64,000 nt of DNA, taken from the NCBI GenBank assembly GCA_964019335.1, contig OZ025684.1:124001-188000 (forward strand), read 5' to 3'. The DNA comes from Diplonema japonicum. Taxonomy: Eukaryota; Protista; Euglenozoa: Diplonemea. The notes beneath the pieces are model-generated. The model was not told the DNA's origin. It worked only from the letters and a program-made list of their open reading frames with translations, and did not search any database. Shown piece by piece: positions 34,886-45,077 of this stretch. Every line of letters begins with the position of its first letter. Position 1 is the first letter of the stretch. A program made the translations under genes and the position numbers.

Positions 34886-35547
34886 GTCGCTACTCCTTGG
34901 CCTTTTGTTTGGAACATGTGGGCGCGGAGTCTGCTGGTTGACGCTACTGTGAAGACCATATCACATATCGGTACCTGGCCTGTTGTCTCCCCTGTAGTTT
35001 CTGAGTTTTCTGAAAATTTTAGAATTGACCATGGTTTGTTCCACCCTTTTGAACGCGGCTCTTTAGGACGCCGCTACCGTTTGAACGGCAGAGTACTGTC
35101 TTACATTGTCCTATTGTGAACTTTTCTGTGTTTTGCGCGGCATTTCTGATGAATATCTATCATTTTCCCGAGGTTAGGATGGTAAGTTTGTTTTTGCAAA
35201 TATTTCAGGTACCAAACTGTGGTCACTGTTTTTCAAAAATACAGATAAAGCATTAACAAGTGCCCAGAAATGCTCTAATCCGGCGAATTTTGATTTTTTG
35301 GTCGGTAATTTGGAGGGTATTGGGCGGTTTTTTTTACCTTAGGGGAAAGAATTTTAAAAAACTTTTTTTTTTCACGTTTAACCACGTTTTTTAGGACCAT
35401 GTGACCCCCCCCCCCCCCCCCCCCCTACAAGCACAAAATCTTTTACAATCGAAAATGCTAACTGGGTAACCGTTGCCAGTTACCATTTTCCTTTTTTTTT
35501 TCTTTTTTTCTTCTCTTCTCTTTTTGCTCAAATAGAAATAAAATATA

Positions 35548-35761
35548 AGAGTCAAAGGAGGCCACGTGTTGGTGGCGCCCTGCACAAAAACTCACGGCCG
35601 AGTTGTAGCTTCTTCTGCGTTCTGCGTTGTGTCCTTAATGCGTGCGGTGTACAGCTCAACCCCTGTTCGTCACCCTGAGCATCTGCAATACGTTATTCCA
35701 CTTGGGCGCTACCGGTGACGACGGAATGAGTACTTCTTATATTTCTGTTATCCCCACCACT
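35548..35761 (-). mobile_element. Family R variant with an alternative 3' end
   Basis: Shares the 5' end (TTATCCCCACCAC on +) and interior with 31762-32089; 3' end resembles 6603-6668. Confidence 0.7.
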
Positions 35762-35780
35762 CTGATGATAAAAAAAAATA

Positions 35781-35891
35781 CTATAAAATGAACAAAGTGA
35801 CGAACCTGACAAATATCGGAGTCGAGCTTCTTTTCTCTATTTCGGCGTCCGGATATCTGTAAGGCCCAGTCACACTTTCCGCATTCTACAG
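35781..35891. mobile_element. Degenerate TA-flanked MITE
   Basis: TA|CTATAAAATG...CATTCTACAG|TA. Confidence 0.5.
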
Positions 35892-36093
35892 TAAAGGTTT
35901 GTTTGTTTGCACGGGCGTTGATTTGTGTCTTATCTCGCAAAGCTCCGGGAAAAAAAAAAAAAAACGGCTTTTTCTTTTTGGTCGAGTTTTTCGACCAGAT
36001 CGAAAACCATCTGCCTCTGTCGAGTTTTTCAAAAAAAAAAAAAAGAAAAAAAAGAGGACATATTGTGAAGGAAGGCCGGTTGGAGTGGAAGTA

Positions 36094-36127
<34 letters not shown>

Positions 36128-36326
36128 CGCTCTCTTTCTTTTTCTTTAAGGGGGCACACATCCAATGATTTTCATCATCGTGTTTTCCCCGATCACCGTA
36201 AAGCCCACGCGAGCGTGGTGCCTCCCAGTTGGAACATATCCATACTGATGTAGGCTACATACCGATCCGACATTTTCTTCTTTTTTTTTTTTTTTCTTTT
36301 TTTTTTTACCCTCTCAGCTTTCTCTT

Positions 36327-38561
36327 CTAAACGATGCGGGATCTTACCCGATCTTCTTTAGTACGGAAGCTGCTCTTAGGGGAGTGGCTTCGAGAAGAGC
36401 TCTCAAGGACACGGTCAAGGGTAAATGACCCCACGCAGCACCCCGTTCCAACTTTAAGAAACCCGCTTTGGTTTCCTGTCACTTTTCCACAGCGGCTTTC
36501 AACATCAGTTTCTGTACCCTGATCTTCCTCAATAACGCTTGGAATGGCTGTGAAGCTTCCTTCGATGGACCTCCTCAGAGGGTTGTCAACAACTTGAGAT
36601 GTTTGAAGCCCATCTTCAGCGAACCCGAATTTGAATGTATCGAAGCTTGCACTGCGGTCGGTGACCGATGCGTTATTGTTGTCGTGCAGCCTTGACTCCA
36701 TCACCACATCCATGCTTTGCTTGAAGGATGGGTAGATCTCTAGAATCCCCATGAAGTCCTCCTTTAACAGTTTGAAGCAGCTGCACGCTGTTACGGTTCG
36801 GACTGAAGCGGTTCGTTCGGTGCATTTTAAAAGAGCGATTTCCCCAAACCAGGAGCCAGACTGCAGCGTGGCCGCGCAGACCTCCACACCAAAATCATCG
36901 ACGGTTAGAACCTCCACGACGCCCTGAGCAATGAAATACATCTCGTGTCCAATGTCCCCTACGCTGATGATCCGTTCATTTGGTGCCACCAAAACCTGTT
37001 GCGTCACCGCAGCTATCGCGGTCATTGTCTTCTCGTCAACATCTCTGAAGATCGGGACGTGCGACACAACTTTTTTTTTAATACACAAGATGACCTTTTC
37101 CTGCATGAACTCCGGGAGGTCCCGCAAAATCCCGAAATAATCCTTCAAACTGGTCTCAAGCAGCGTGGGATAGATGGCGAACGCTTCCTTTTGAACCTCC
37201 CACGGCACGTCGTACCGGTACATCAGAGAGTACAGCTTTGCTTTCTTCTCATTGACAACTTGTTGAAAGGCATCAAGACGAATGACAGATGAAGCGACAC
37301 GACCAGTAGTAACGGACAGAAGCAAAACGGATAATATCACAACAGGGATGGAGAACAACCTGGCCCACCGGGTTCCCGGGACAACATCGCCGTACCCTAC
37401 AGACGAAAGCGTGATCGCCGCCCAGTAGAAACCCTTCAAATACTTATCAAACACACTGTCTGCAGTGTCGTCTGTGTACCCCAACGAATCATCTGACGTT
37501 TTGTCTATCAAGACAAACAGAACGCCGATAAAGTTCAGCCCCCAGAAACCCCAAAATACCGTTTTTGCAACTATTACCCACCCGGACACTTCTTTCAACG
37601 GGTTCGCACTGCCAAACAAACTATTTACTCTAAATATATGAAGCAGCCTTGGTATCGACGCGTACCTTGAGATCCCGGGCAGTAAATCGTACGGAAGGCT
37701 CGTGATGAGGTCGAAGAAAAGCCACGACCTGCTGTACATCTGCCAAAGTTGCTCGATGCTCGAATCAGCGAGAGTGTACCCTTTCAGAACCGCTGACCTC
37801 GATGCAGCAGATATAAATACCCCATGATAAATAGTAACGACGATCTTGAAAAAAACCACGTAAAGAAACGGGAAGGCCGACGGCCACAACAATGAGATAA
37901 GACACTCGTACGACTCGATCAAGGCCACAAAAAGGTAAACAATATCAACGGCAACACGAAGGGGACCATCTGGGAGAATAACATGCTTGCCTCTTCTGTA
38001 ATGCGCGTTCGAGCTGAGTACACGTTCAGCTTGCTCCACCCGCTGTGTGAAGGAGTACGTGGAGGTAATGGTGTCAACATCATCATTCGCTGTGAGTTCC
38101 GAGATTTCCGGGCAAGCTAATTCTTTCGGTTCCAAGGTGATCAAATTAGGCCCCGCTGCGGGCAACGAGAGCGGTGGTGGTGATATGGGACTTCCGGACT
38201 TCGCAGAGTCGTCCATTGTCGCACCATGAACGTTCACAATGGACATCGAGACCACGCTCTTTCGATGCATGCCGCTTGGCTTTGTCTTTGTCACGGGAGC
38301 GATGGCGTCTAAGGGATCGGTTATGACTACGCTGGACGGCACCGGGGAGCCCTTCTGCATTTTCTGAACGGAGTTCTCTAACCCGACAATCCTCTCCTGC
38401 AGCCACAGGAACTGTTCGGTCTGCTCCGCCTTGAACTCCTCTTGCGCGTGGGACAGCTTCAGGATCTCGCACAAAATCTCATCCATCATGATCGACTTCT
38501 CGCCGGCGGTGCTTTGCCGCTTTACGCTGGGAAGACTCACAATGCCCGGTTGAACACTCAT
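36327..38561 (-). CDS. Cyclic-nucleotide-binding-domain K+ channel (KCNH/HCN/CNG-like; likely start MSVQPG)
   Basis: 6TM; pore YWAAITLSSVGYGDVVP; CNBD GDIGHEMYFIAQG...FGEIALL...RTASVR. Confidence 0.92.
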   Translation of the reverse strand: MSVQPGIVSLPSVKRQSTAGEKSIMMDEILCEILKLSHAQEEFKAEQTEQFLWLQERIVGLENSVQKMQKGSPVPSSVVITDPLDAIAPVTKTKPSGMHRKSVVSMSIVNVHGATMDDSAKSGSPISPPPLSLPAAGPNLITLEPKELACPEISELTANDDVDTITSTYSFTQRVEQAERVLSSNAHYRRGKHVILPDGPLRVAVDIVYLFVALIESYECLISLLWPSAFPFLYVVFFKIVVTIYHGVFISAASRSAVLKGYTLADSSIEQLWQMYSRSWLFFDLITSLPYDLLPGISRYASIPRLLHIFRVNSLFGSANPLKEVSGWVIVAKTVFWGFWGLNFIGVLFVLIDKTSDDSLGYTDDTADSVFDKYLKGFYWAAITLSSVGYGDVVPGTRWARLFSIPVVILSVLLLSVTTGRVASSVIRLDAFQQVVNEKKAKLYSLMYRYDVPWEVQKEAFAIYPTLLETSLKDYFGILRDLPEFMQEKVILCIKKKVVSHVPIFRDVDEKTMTAIAAVTQQVLVAPNERIISVGDIGHEMYFIAQGVVEVLTVDDFGVEVCAATLQSGSWFGEIALLKCTERTASVRTVTACSCFKLLKEDFMGILEIYPSFKQSMDVVMESRLHDNNNASVTDRSASFDTFKFGFAEDGLQTSQVVDNPLRRSIEGSFTAIPSVIEEDQGTETDVESRCGKVTGNQSGFLKVGTGCCVGSFTLDRVLESSSRSHSPKSSFRTKEDRVRSRIV

Positions 38562-38754
38562 ACTGCTTCGTTTCTTTTTCCCTGAACTCTCTCGTGAGAG
38601 TGCCCCCCCACCCTCCCACCCAACCCCCCCTTTTTTTTTTCCTCGTAAGGTAACTGTTACACCGATGGGGGGGGGGGGGGGTAAGGCATCAACACTAAAT
38701 GGTGTGTGAAGATAGTCTTTTTTTTTTTCTTTTCCCCGTTTTTTTTTTACCACC

Positions 38755-39306
38755 CTATAGCTTAGCCGTTCTATTCGTTGCTTCTTCTTTTATGCAGGTT
38801 TCGAGGGCTTCCAAAGCAAATGAGGTAAACTCAGCCATGTTCTGAACCCGGTTGTTGTGGGTGGAACGTTTTGCAAAGGTCCGGATATGCCCGGAGGGGG
38901 AGGCCACGCCGACGATGGTGAAACCGGTGCTGATGAAATCTTGCATGTGGGGGGGGAGGGACGTGGCGTCGGTGGCGCCACCCTCGGCCACGGCCCACGA
39001 GGTTCCAATCTGCGTTCGCATGAACCCCGACATCACCTCAGCGAAGTTGACCTTGCTGGCATGGTATATCTCGCCGTTCTTGTAGTTCTCTACCCCGCCT
39101 AGCCTCTTTCGCACCTCTAAAGGGAGGATGCCCTTCCCGCCTTTAATGGAGTATATTGATACCCCAGCTGTCATGTACCGGCTTGCTTTCTCTGCGGCCT
39201 GTAAACTAGCATTGACCAACCCCCCCGTCGTCCCCTCTACTATGCTCACGGTTTCTTTCCGTTCCCTTAGCAAGCGCCCTACTCGTTGGCCCAGTTCTAA
39301 ATCCAT
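38755..39306 (-). CDS. CinA C-terminal / PncC-like protein
   Basis: VGRLLRERKETVSIVEGTTGGLV...ASRY..AGVSIYS...VGVASP...NRVQNM..F...AL. Confidence 0.85.
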   Translation of the reverse strand: MDLELGQRVGRLLRERKETVSIVEGTTGGLVNASLQAAEKASRYMTAGVSIYSIKGGKGILPLEVRKRLGGVENYKNGEIYHASKVNFAEVMSGFMRTQIGTSWAVAEGGATDATSLPPHMQDFISTGFTIVGVASPSGHIRTFAKRSTHNNRVQNMAEFTSFALEALETCIKEEATNRTAKL

Positions 39307-40946
39307 CTTTTTTTTTTTCTTTTTTTTTTTTTTTCTTCTGGGTGAGGGTTGTGGTAGAAAGGAACGATTTTTTATTTCAAGTTTTTTCTTTAGTATATAA
39401 GAACCCGAAGCTTCAGATCCGGATTAAAAAAAAAGGGGGGGGGGGAAAGAAAAGGGGAAAAAATCCTTGTGATGAAACAGAAAAAACGGCAACGTTTTTG
39501 TTTCTCTTTTTCGTATTAAGGAGTAAAACAAGAAAGAAAAAAAAAAGGAAAAAAAAAAAGGGGGACAAGAAAAAAATTCGCTCTTTCAACGTCAAGGTGA
39601 CAAGTCGAACAACCTCTCAGACATAGCGTGCCTGGTCCCCATTTCCTCGCGGTAGAGTGGGGGGCATCTTTTCTTTTGCCGAAGCCGGTGACAGTGGCTC
39701 GTGGCATGGTTTGCCTTATTCTTGTCTCTCTGCCGAGCACCGTCACACTGACACAGACTTCCCCGAAATGACTCGCTTAAGGGGAGGTGTCGTTACGCAC
39801 CTAGACCCGGCCAAAGGTCTTGCTGCCCCTTGAAAAAAAAAAAGAACGGCATTTTTTATTTTTTTCGTAGCGAGAAGGGGAATAGGAAACGGAAAGTGTT
39901 TTCCATCTTCCGGAATAAGAAACTTCACTCTCCCTTTCTTTTTTTTTTCACCCCCCCCTCTTTTTGTCTATTCTGCGTCTCAACATGGCCCTCTACAGGG
40001 AGCTGAAACCCAAAGCCAAAAGAAAAAGGAGTGATAAAAAAAAGAAGAAAGAGGAAACAAAAAGAAAAGGAAAGAGGCGCCAATCTCAGAAAAAAAAAAA
40101 AAAAGCCATTGGGTGATTTCGTCATTCTTTTTCCATATGCACGAATTGAAATGAATATATATAATATATTTAAATTCTAAGCCCCCTCCCCAGAAGCGCA
40201 CAGGATATTTTAACTGGACAGATAAATTCTTGCGAAGGAAAGCCGAGGCTATAGGCCATGGAAGAAGATGTGACTGTAATTTTAAGACAAAAGAAAAAAA
40301 AAAGAAAAGGGATCAACTCGTCACTGGTGAACTTCGTGCCTTTGAAGCGCTTAAGTAGAAAATGAGAACTCAACAGGGGGGGGGGGGGGAAGCAACTATT
40401 CTTGCGTCTACAGAGGTGAGAGGAGGGGAGGGGAGGCAAAAAAAACCTTTCTTCAAAGACGAATTACTTTAATAGCACTTGGACCTGGATGTGGTGCCGG
40501 TCTTACTGCCCTCCTTTAAGAGAAGCTGTCAGACCAAACATCATAAGCATACTTAAAAAAAAAAATTCACAATGATAGGAAACGAAGTGGTCAGCAACTG
40601 CCCACAAAGAAGGGAAGAAAAAGTGTAGCGTATTTATGAAGTATGTAGGAGGAGGTTTACGTATTCGTTTTCGTTATTTTTCTTTTTTTTTTCCCCTCTT
40701 TTTTTTGGTTATTTAAATAAATGTCACCTGTCATTAGTTTTTGTCACAAAGCCTCCAAAAAAAAAAAAAAAAGAAAATGAGAGAGAGGAGGGAGAGAAAG
40801 AGAAAGAAATGATGTTGCCATTTCTTTCCGCCACAATTCAAAAAAAAAAAATAAAAAAAAACAAAAACAAAAAAAAAGCAGGAAGTGTGAGGCCCAAATT
40901 TCACCACTATTTTTGGTATAGAAACAGGAGGTCCGGCTCAACATCC

Positions 40947-40982
<36 letters not shown>

Positions 40983-41095
40983 GGGACAGAAAGAAAAAAA
41001 AAAGGTCAGAATTCACTCCTAATTGTCAATATGACGTGGAGAATGCCTGACCATATGACAATACAAGAAAAAAAAAAAAGAAAAAAGAAAAACTA

Positions 41096-41309
41096 CTGTA
41101 AAACAAAAATGCCGAACGGAAAAATGCCAGGATAAATACGGTGTGCCCGTCTTAAGAGGAAGGTATTTTTGTTGTATTCTTTTAACCCGGCAACACCTGT
41201 CCGCGCTGCCTGGATTGCAGCACCAGAACGAAATTGGGTATCCAACTACACCAGTCTGGTCTATCAGGATAAGCTGTAGTCCGTTCGGCATTTTCTTTTT
41301 GCTTTACAG
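41096..41309. mobile_element. pogo-family MITE
   Basis: TA|CTGTAAAACAAAAATGCCGAACGGA...TCCGTTCGGCATTTTCTTTTTGCTTTACAG|TA. Confidence 0.85.
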
Positions 41310-42160
41310 TATTTAATTGACATTTTTAATTGTCATTTTCTTTTTTACTACAGCTAGCTTTCCAGTGGATTGGAGAGTAATGTACTTTCCATCCACTGCT
41401 TTACACCTATAAGTAGAGCAGATAAATATTTCCCATCATTCCGGGACATAACGAGAATGCATACAAAAGTAACCAAAAGGCCTTTTCTTTCTTTTTTTAT
41501 TATTGTTCTTTATCTTTTGATTTTGCTTTTTTTTTTTTTTTTTTTTTTTCTTTCTTCCCCGTTCTTAATTTCTATATTGACAATGGAAAAAAACTTAGCA
41601 GGGGCGGGGAGTTTTTTTTTTTTTTTTTTTTTTTTTTCCTTTGCATTTTTGTTTGGGTTGATTCCGACCTTTGTCTAATGGTCAAATATACGGTATATTG
41701 TGACCAGAGCTTCCCCCCTAAAACCAGTAAAAAAGAAAAAAAAAAAGAAAAAAAAAAGAGATAAAGGAGGTTCCTGTTTTTGGAACGTCTCCCTTGTCTC
41801 TACTTCTGTTGCACCTCCTTCGCCGCTCTGCATTCCCATAGTGCGTGTTATAGCATGTTGCTCTCGTCCTCCTCCGCACCGCATGCGTCGCATGTGACTT
41901 CGTCTGTACCACGCACTTGGGTGAGAAAAAAAAAAAAGAAGAAAAAAAAAAAACGCAAAATTAGCACCTTTTTACAACCAACCTGTCGCAACGTGGGCAT
42001 AATCTTCCGAAAAAAAAAAAGGTTTTCAACTTTAAAAAAAAAAAAAGTGTGGGGGGGGAGGTTTTTTTTTTTTCTTCTAAATTTAATAATTTTTTTTTTT
42101 GTCAAAAAATAGCGAAAGAACAACAGACCATATATAACTATAAATATGAATTTCGTTCCT

Positions 42161-43921
42161 TCACCACAAATCGAGATCCAAAGGCGGCTTCGGTGCCACC
42201 CCGCTTCTTATCCGCTTCTCCAGCTCGATGCGAGCCACCACGGCATCCTTAGGAAGCTCTGCAGATGACGAACAAAGAGTCAATGCAGCATCTCGCTGTC
42301 CGGATAACCAAGCATCGAGCGCCTGGTTATATTGTTCCCAGTGAGTATTGCTATCGATCTCGTACATCCACTCCATGTGCATCCCGCTGTTACAAAATGT
42401 GTCGCCCACAAGCTCCCAAAGACGGTGGGGCTCGGGCGTCTTGTTACGCTTTTTGAAAATAACGGTTTGTTCTAAGAGCTTTAAGGGGTATCGTGTGCAA
42501 GAATCCGTTTTAACAGAACAGTCCGCTAGCACGGACACACCCCAGGAAGCTCCCAATCGCTCCACAACGTTGGCCCAGTTAGTGACTCCACCTACAATAG
42601 TGAATCGCTTCATACCAGGGCATCCCATGTCGCCGCAGATTGCTTTCCCACCGACAACACCAACATTCACCTGCATAGCAGGGGTTGTGGGGGAGTTGAT
42701 GAAGGAAGTGCTCCCTGCTCCATGGGACATACCGGTGACAATTTTCAAACTTGACGATAATGCACTATCGGAATGACTCGCGCAGGCTCGCACAGCGTTG
42801 AAGGATGCGTATACATGATCGCCTAAAAAGTGATCTATAACACCTTTACCCTCTTTAACCGCTTGAATTGCAATGGACACAAACGCGCAGACGCGTTCCG
42901 CTGCTACCTCGGTCACCCCGACGAAGTTTAAAAAATTTCTGATGTTCGATACCGTCAGTGTGACGTTTTTACGTTTCAAAATATCGGAAAAAGCGCTGGA
43001 TTCAAGATTGTCCGTTGCCAACGTAGTTGCTGTTGTGGGTGTCGTGAGTGAGGCGGTGGTCTTGGAACACCGTGATGAGGATGATAATGTGTCTTCAACA
43101 TCGAATGGCAAACACGACTGCGGAAGAAACTCCTTGTACGTTTCCAGGTTCGACAGAATGTTTTTAAACGCCGCGTCCAAGCGACACGGTAGATCGGTGT
43201 TTGACTCTAAAGACATCTTGCTTCTTTCCAAATCAAACGCTGCGAGGTACCCCGCTACATTCTGCGCTGTTTCAATCGCTGATTCCATCTTTCTGTTTTC
43301 TTCAATCACCATTTTAGAGAAGCCCCTCGTGAAGTAGTAATCCATCAGAAATACGAACAGATACGTAATTAAATTCTGCATGCTGATTAAAACATTCGCG
43401 CAAGGCGGGTTATCACATTCTGTCAGCCGTTCCCGTTGTTTACTCGCCGATTCTGTCCCGCCAAGATCGTACAATCCGAACCTTGTTGCGCCTTCGATGG
43501 ATGTAAGGACCAGCCACAAGACAACAGATATGACGATGAATTGATTGACACGGTCAGACACCCTGCAAACGAGTGTCATATCTATGAGGATGACGAATCC
43601 AGGCCAGAATCTTTCCATTTGTGAGGCTGCTGTATTGTAGTCGAAAAGGAGGCCTGTAAGTAAGGCGATATATACGATTAGTTCGACGGTTCTGTCCGTC
43701 ATTTCTTTTTTTATGAGGAGGTGTCCCATTGCGATGGTGGAGACTACAAGGAAGAAAATGCAGCCGATCTCCCCCGCCCTCGTCCCCACCGTGACGAGCG
43801 TCATGCCGCATGCGACGAAGGCGAAGAGGTAAAAACAGAAGAACAGCTTCTTTCTCTGCTTTGTTAGCTGGTCGTCGTCCTCCCGTATGGGGTAGCTTAC
43901 TATCTTGTGCAATATTTCCAT
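42161..43921 (-). CDS. Multi-TM degenerate class III cyclase
   Basis: Same TM family as 354-2543 (RFGLYD..ECD..PC..VFLMDYYFTR); VSNIRNF, FLGDHV, GDMGCPGMKRFTIVG. Confidence 0.88.
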   Translation of the reverse strand: MEILHKIVSYPIREDDDQLTKQRKKLFFCFYLFAFVACGMTLVTVGTRAGEIGCIFFLVVSTIAMGHLLIKKEMTDRTVELIVYIALLTGLLFDYNTAASQMERFWPGFVILIDMTLVCRVSDRVNQFIVISVVLWLVLTSIEGATRFGLYDLGGTESASKQRERLTECDNPPCANVLISMQNLITYLFVFLMDYYFTRGFSKMVIEENRKMESAIETAQNVAGYLAAFDLERSKMSLESNTDLPCRLDAAFKNILSNLETYKEFLPQSCLPFDVEDTLSSSSRCSKTTASLTTPTTATTLATDNLESSAFSDILKRKNVTLTVSNIRNFLNFVGVTEVAAERVCAFVSIAIQAVKEGKGVIDHFLGDHVYASFNAVRACASHSDSALSSSLKIVTGMSHGAGSTSFINSPTTPAMQVNVGVVGGKAICGDMGCPGMKRFTIVGGVTNWANVVERLGASWGVSVLADCSVKTDSCTRYPLKLLEQTVIFKKRNKTPEPHRLWELVGDTFCNSGMHMEWMYEIDSNTHWEQYNQALDAWLSGQRDAALTLCSSSAELPKDAVVARIELEKRIRSGVAPKPPLDLDLW

Positions 43922-44880
43922 TTTTTTTCTTTTTTTTTTTTTACTTCCCTCAAAAAAAAAAAAAGAACCTTTTTTTCTTTTTTTGGTGCAACGACGATTT
44001 TTTTTTGCTCCTGCAGTTTAAGCGGAGGAGCGAGTTCAACCTTTTTATGCGCATATCTAAAGGAACGAAATAAAAATTATAAAGTATAAGAAAGTGAAAG
44101 GGGGAAAGGAAAAAAAAAAAAAAAAAGAAAGAACGCATGTGAGCTATTGTTATTCTGCATGGTCTCCCTAACAAAAAAAAAAAGAATTCCCTTTTTTTTT
44201 TCTTTTCCATTTTCTTTTTTTGCGGCAACCTTTCTTTGACCTTATACTTAAAAAGAAAAACTACCAGATAGAGCCGGTGGTGGACCTTATCATATCACAA
44301 AAAAAAAAGAAAAAAAAGAAGAAAAAAAAAAGAAAAATACCGTATATTTTTGAACTCACTGCACTTTACACGGAATGAAAAATATTTGGAAAACGGGGAA
44401 AAAGTTCGAAACGGGTAAATTATGGAACTTTGGATTGGGACTTCTAAGGGATTCTTATATTTCTATGGGCAACCCCGGCGCGATGAGATGTTCGGAATCT
44501 TGGAACATTTTCCCCCGTTTTCACACTACGTATAACTACGGTATCCAATGGGATTATCATATTTCCTTTTTTTTCATTTTTTTTTTTTTCAAAAGCCTTT
44601 TGTTAAAAAGTCCCCCCCCCCCAAAAAAAAAATAGGGGTATAAAAAAAAAAAAAGGCAGTGAAAGTACCTGTGTGTGTGTTTTTTTTTTTTTTTTTTTTT
44701 TCTTTCTTTTCTTGCATGAACAAGAAAGAAAAACTCAATATACTGGCAAATGAATTGTTAGTGCTAGAGAAAAAATTCACTATGATAGGAACGAAGTGGT
44801 TAGCAACGGCCCGCCGCGGTGGCGTGCCTACCTTATGATGCTCCCCTTTTGGGGTCGTTCCCTGCAAAAAAAAAAAAAAA

Positions 44881-44998
44881 GAGTCGGCTGATTGTTTGTG
44901 CAAGCCGTTTTCACCTACAGTAGGGATAAATGGACAAGCTGCCTCTACTCTTTTTTGCAATAACAATTCTTTTCAAAAATTTGTTTACTTGTTCCAGC
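44881..44998 (-). repeat. Family A element (copy 4)
   Basis: Near-identical to 207-324. Confidence 0.9.
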
Positions 44999-45077
44999 AA
45001 AAAAAAAAAAAAGAGTAAAGTAGGGTAAAGCATTTTTTTTTTTTTTTGGGCTGCTACTTGGAAAAGCAACATTAAGG

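Noticed and set aside
38562-38753. N-terminal extension of the channel ORF (similar extensions on ORFs ending 10169, 12576, 23023, 63227)
   Set aside because: Non-ATG or low-complexity UTR sequence; downstream ATGs after A-rich leaders fit better
44340-44541. TA-CCGTA...TACGG-TA possible MITE
   Set aside because: Only a short terminal match plus one degenerate internal inverted motif
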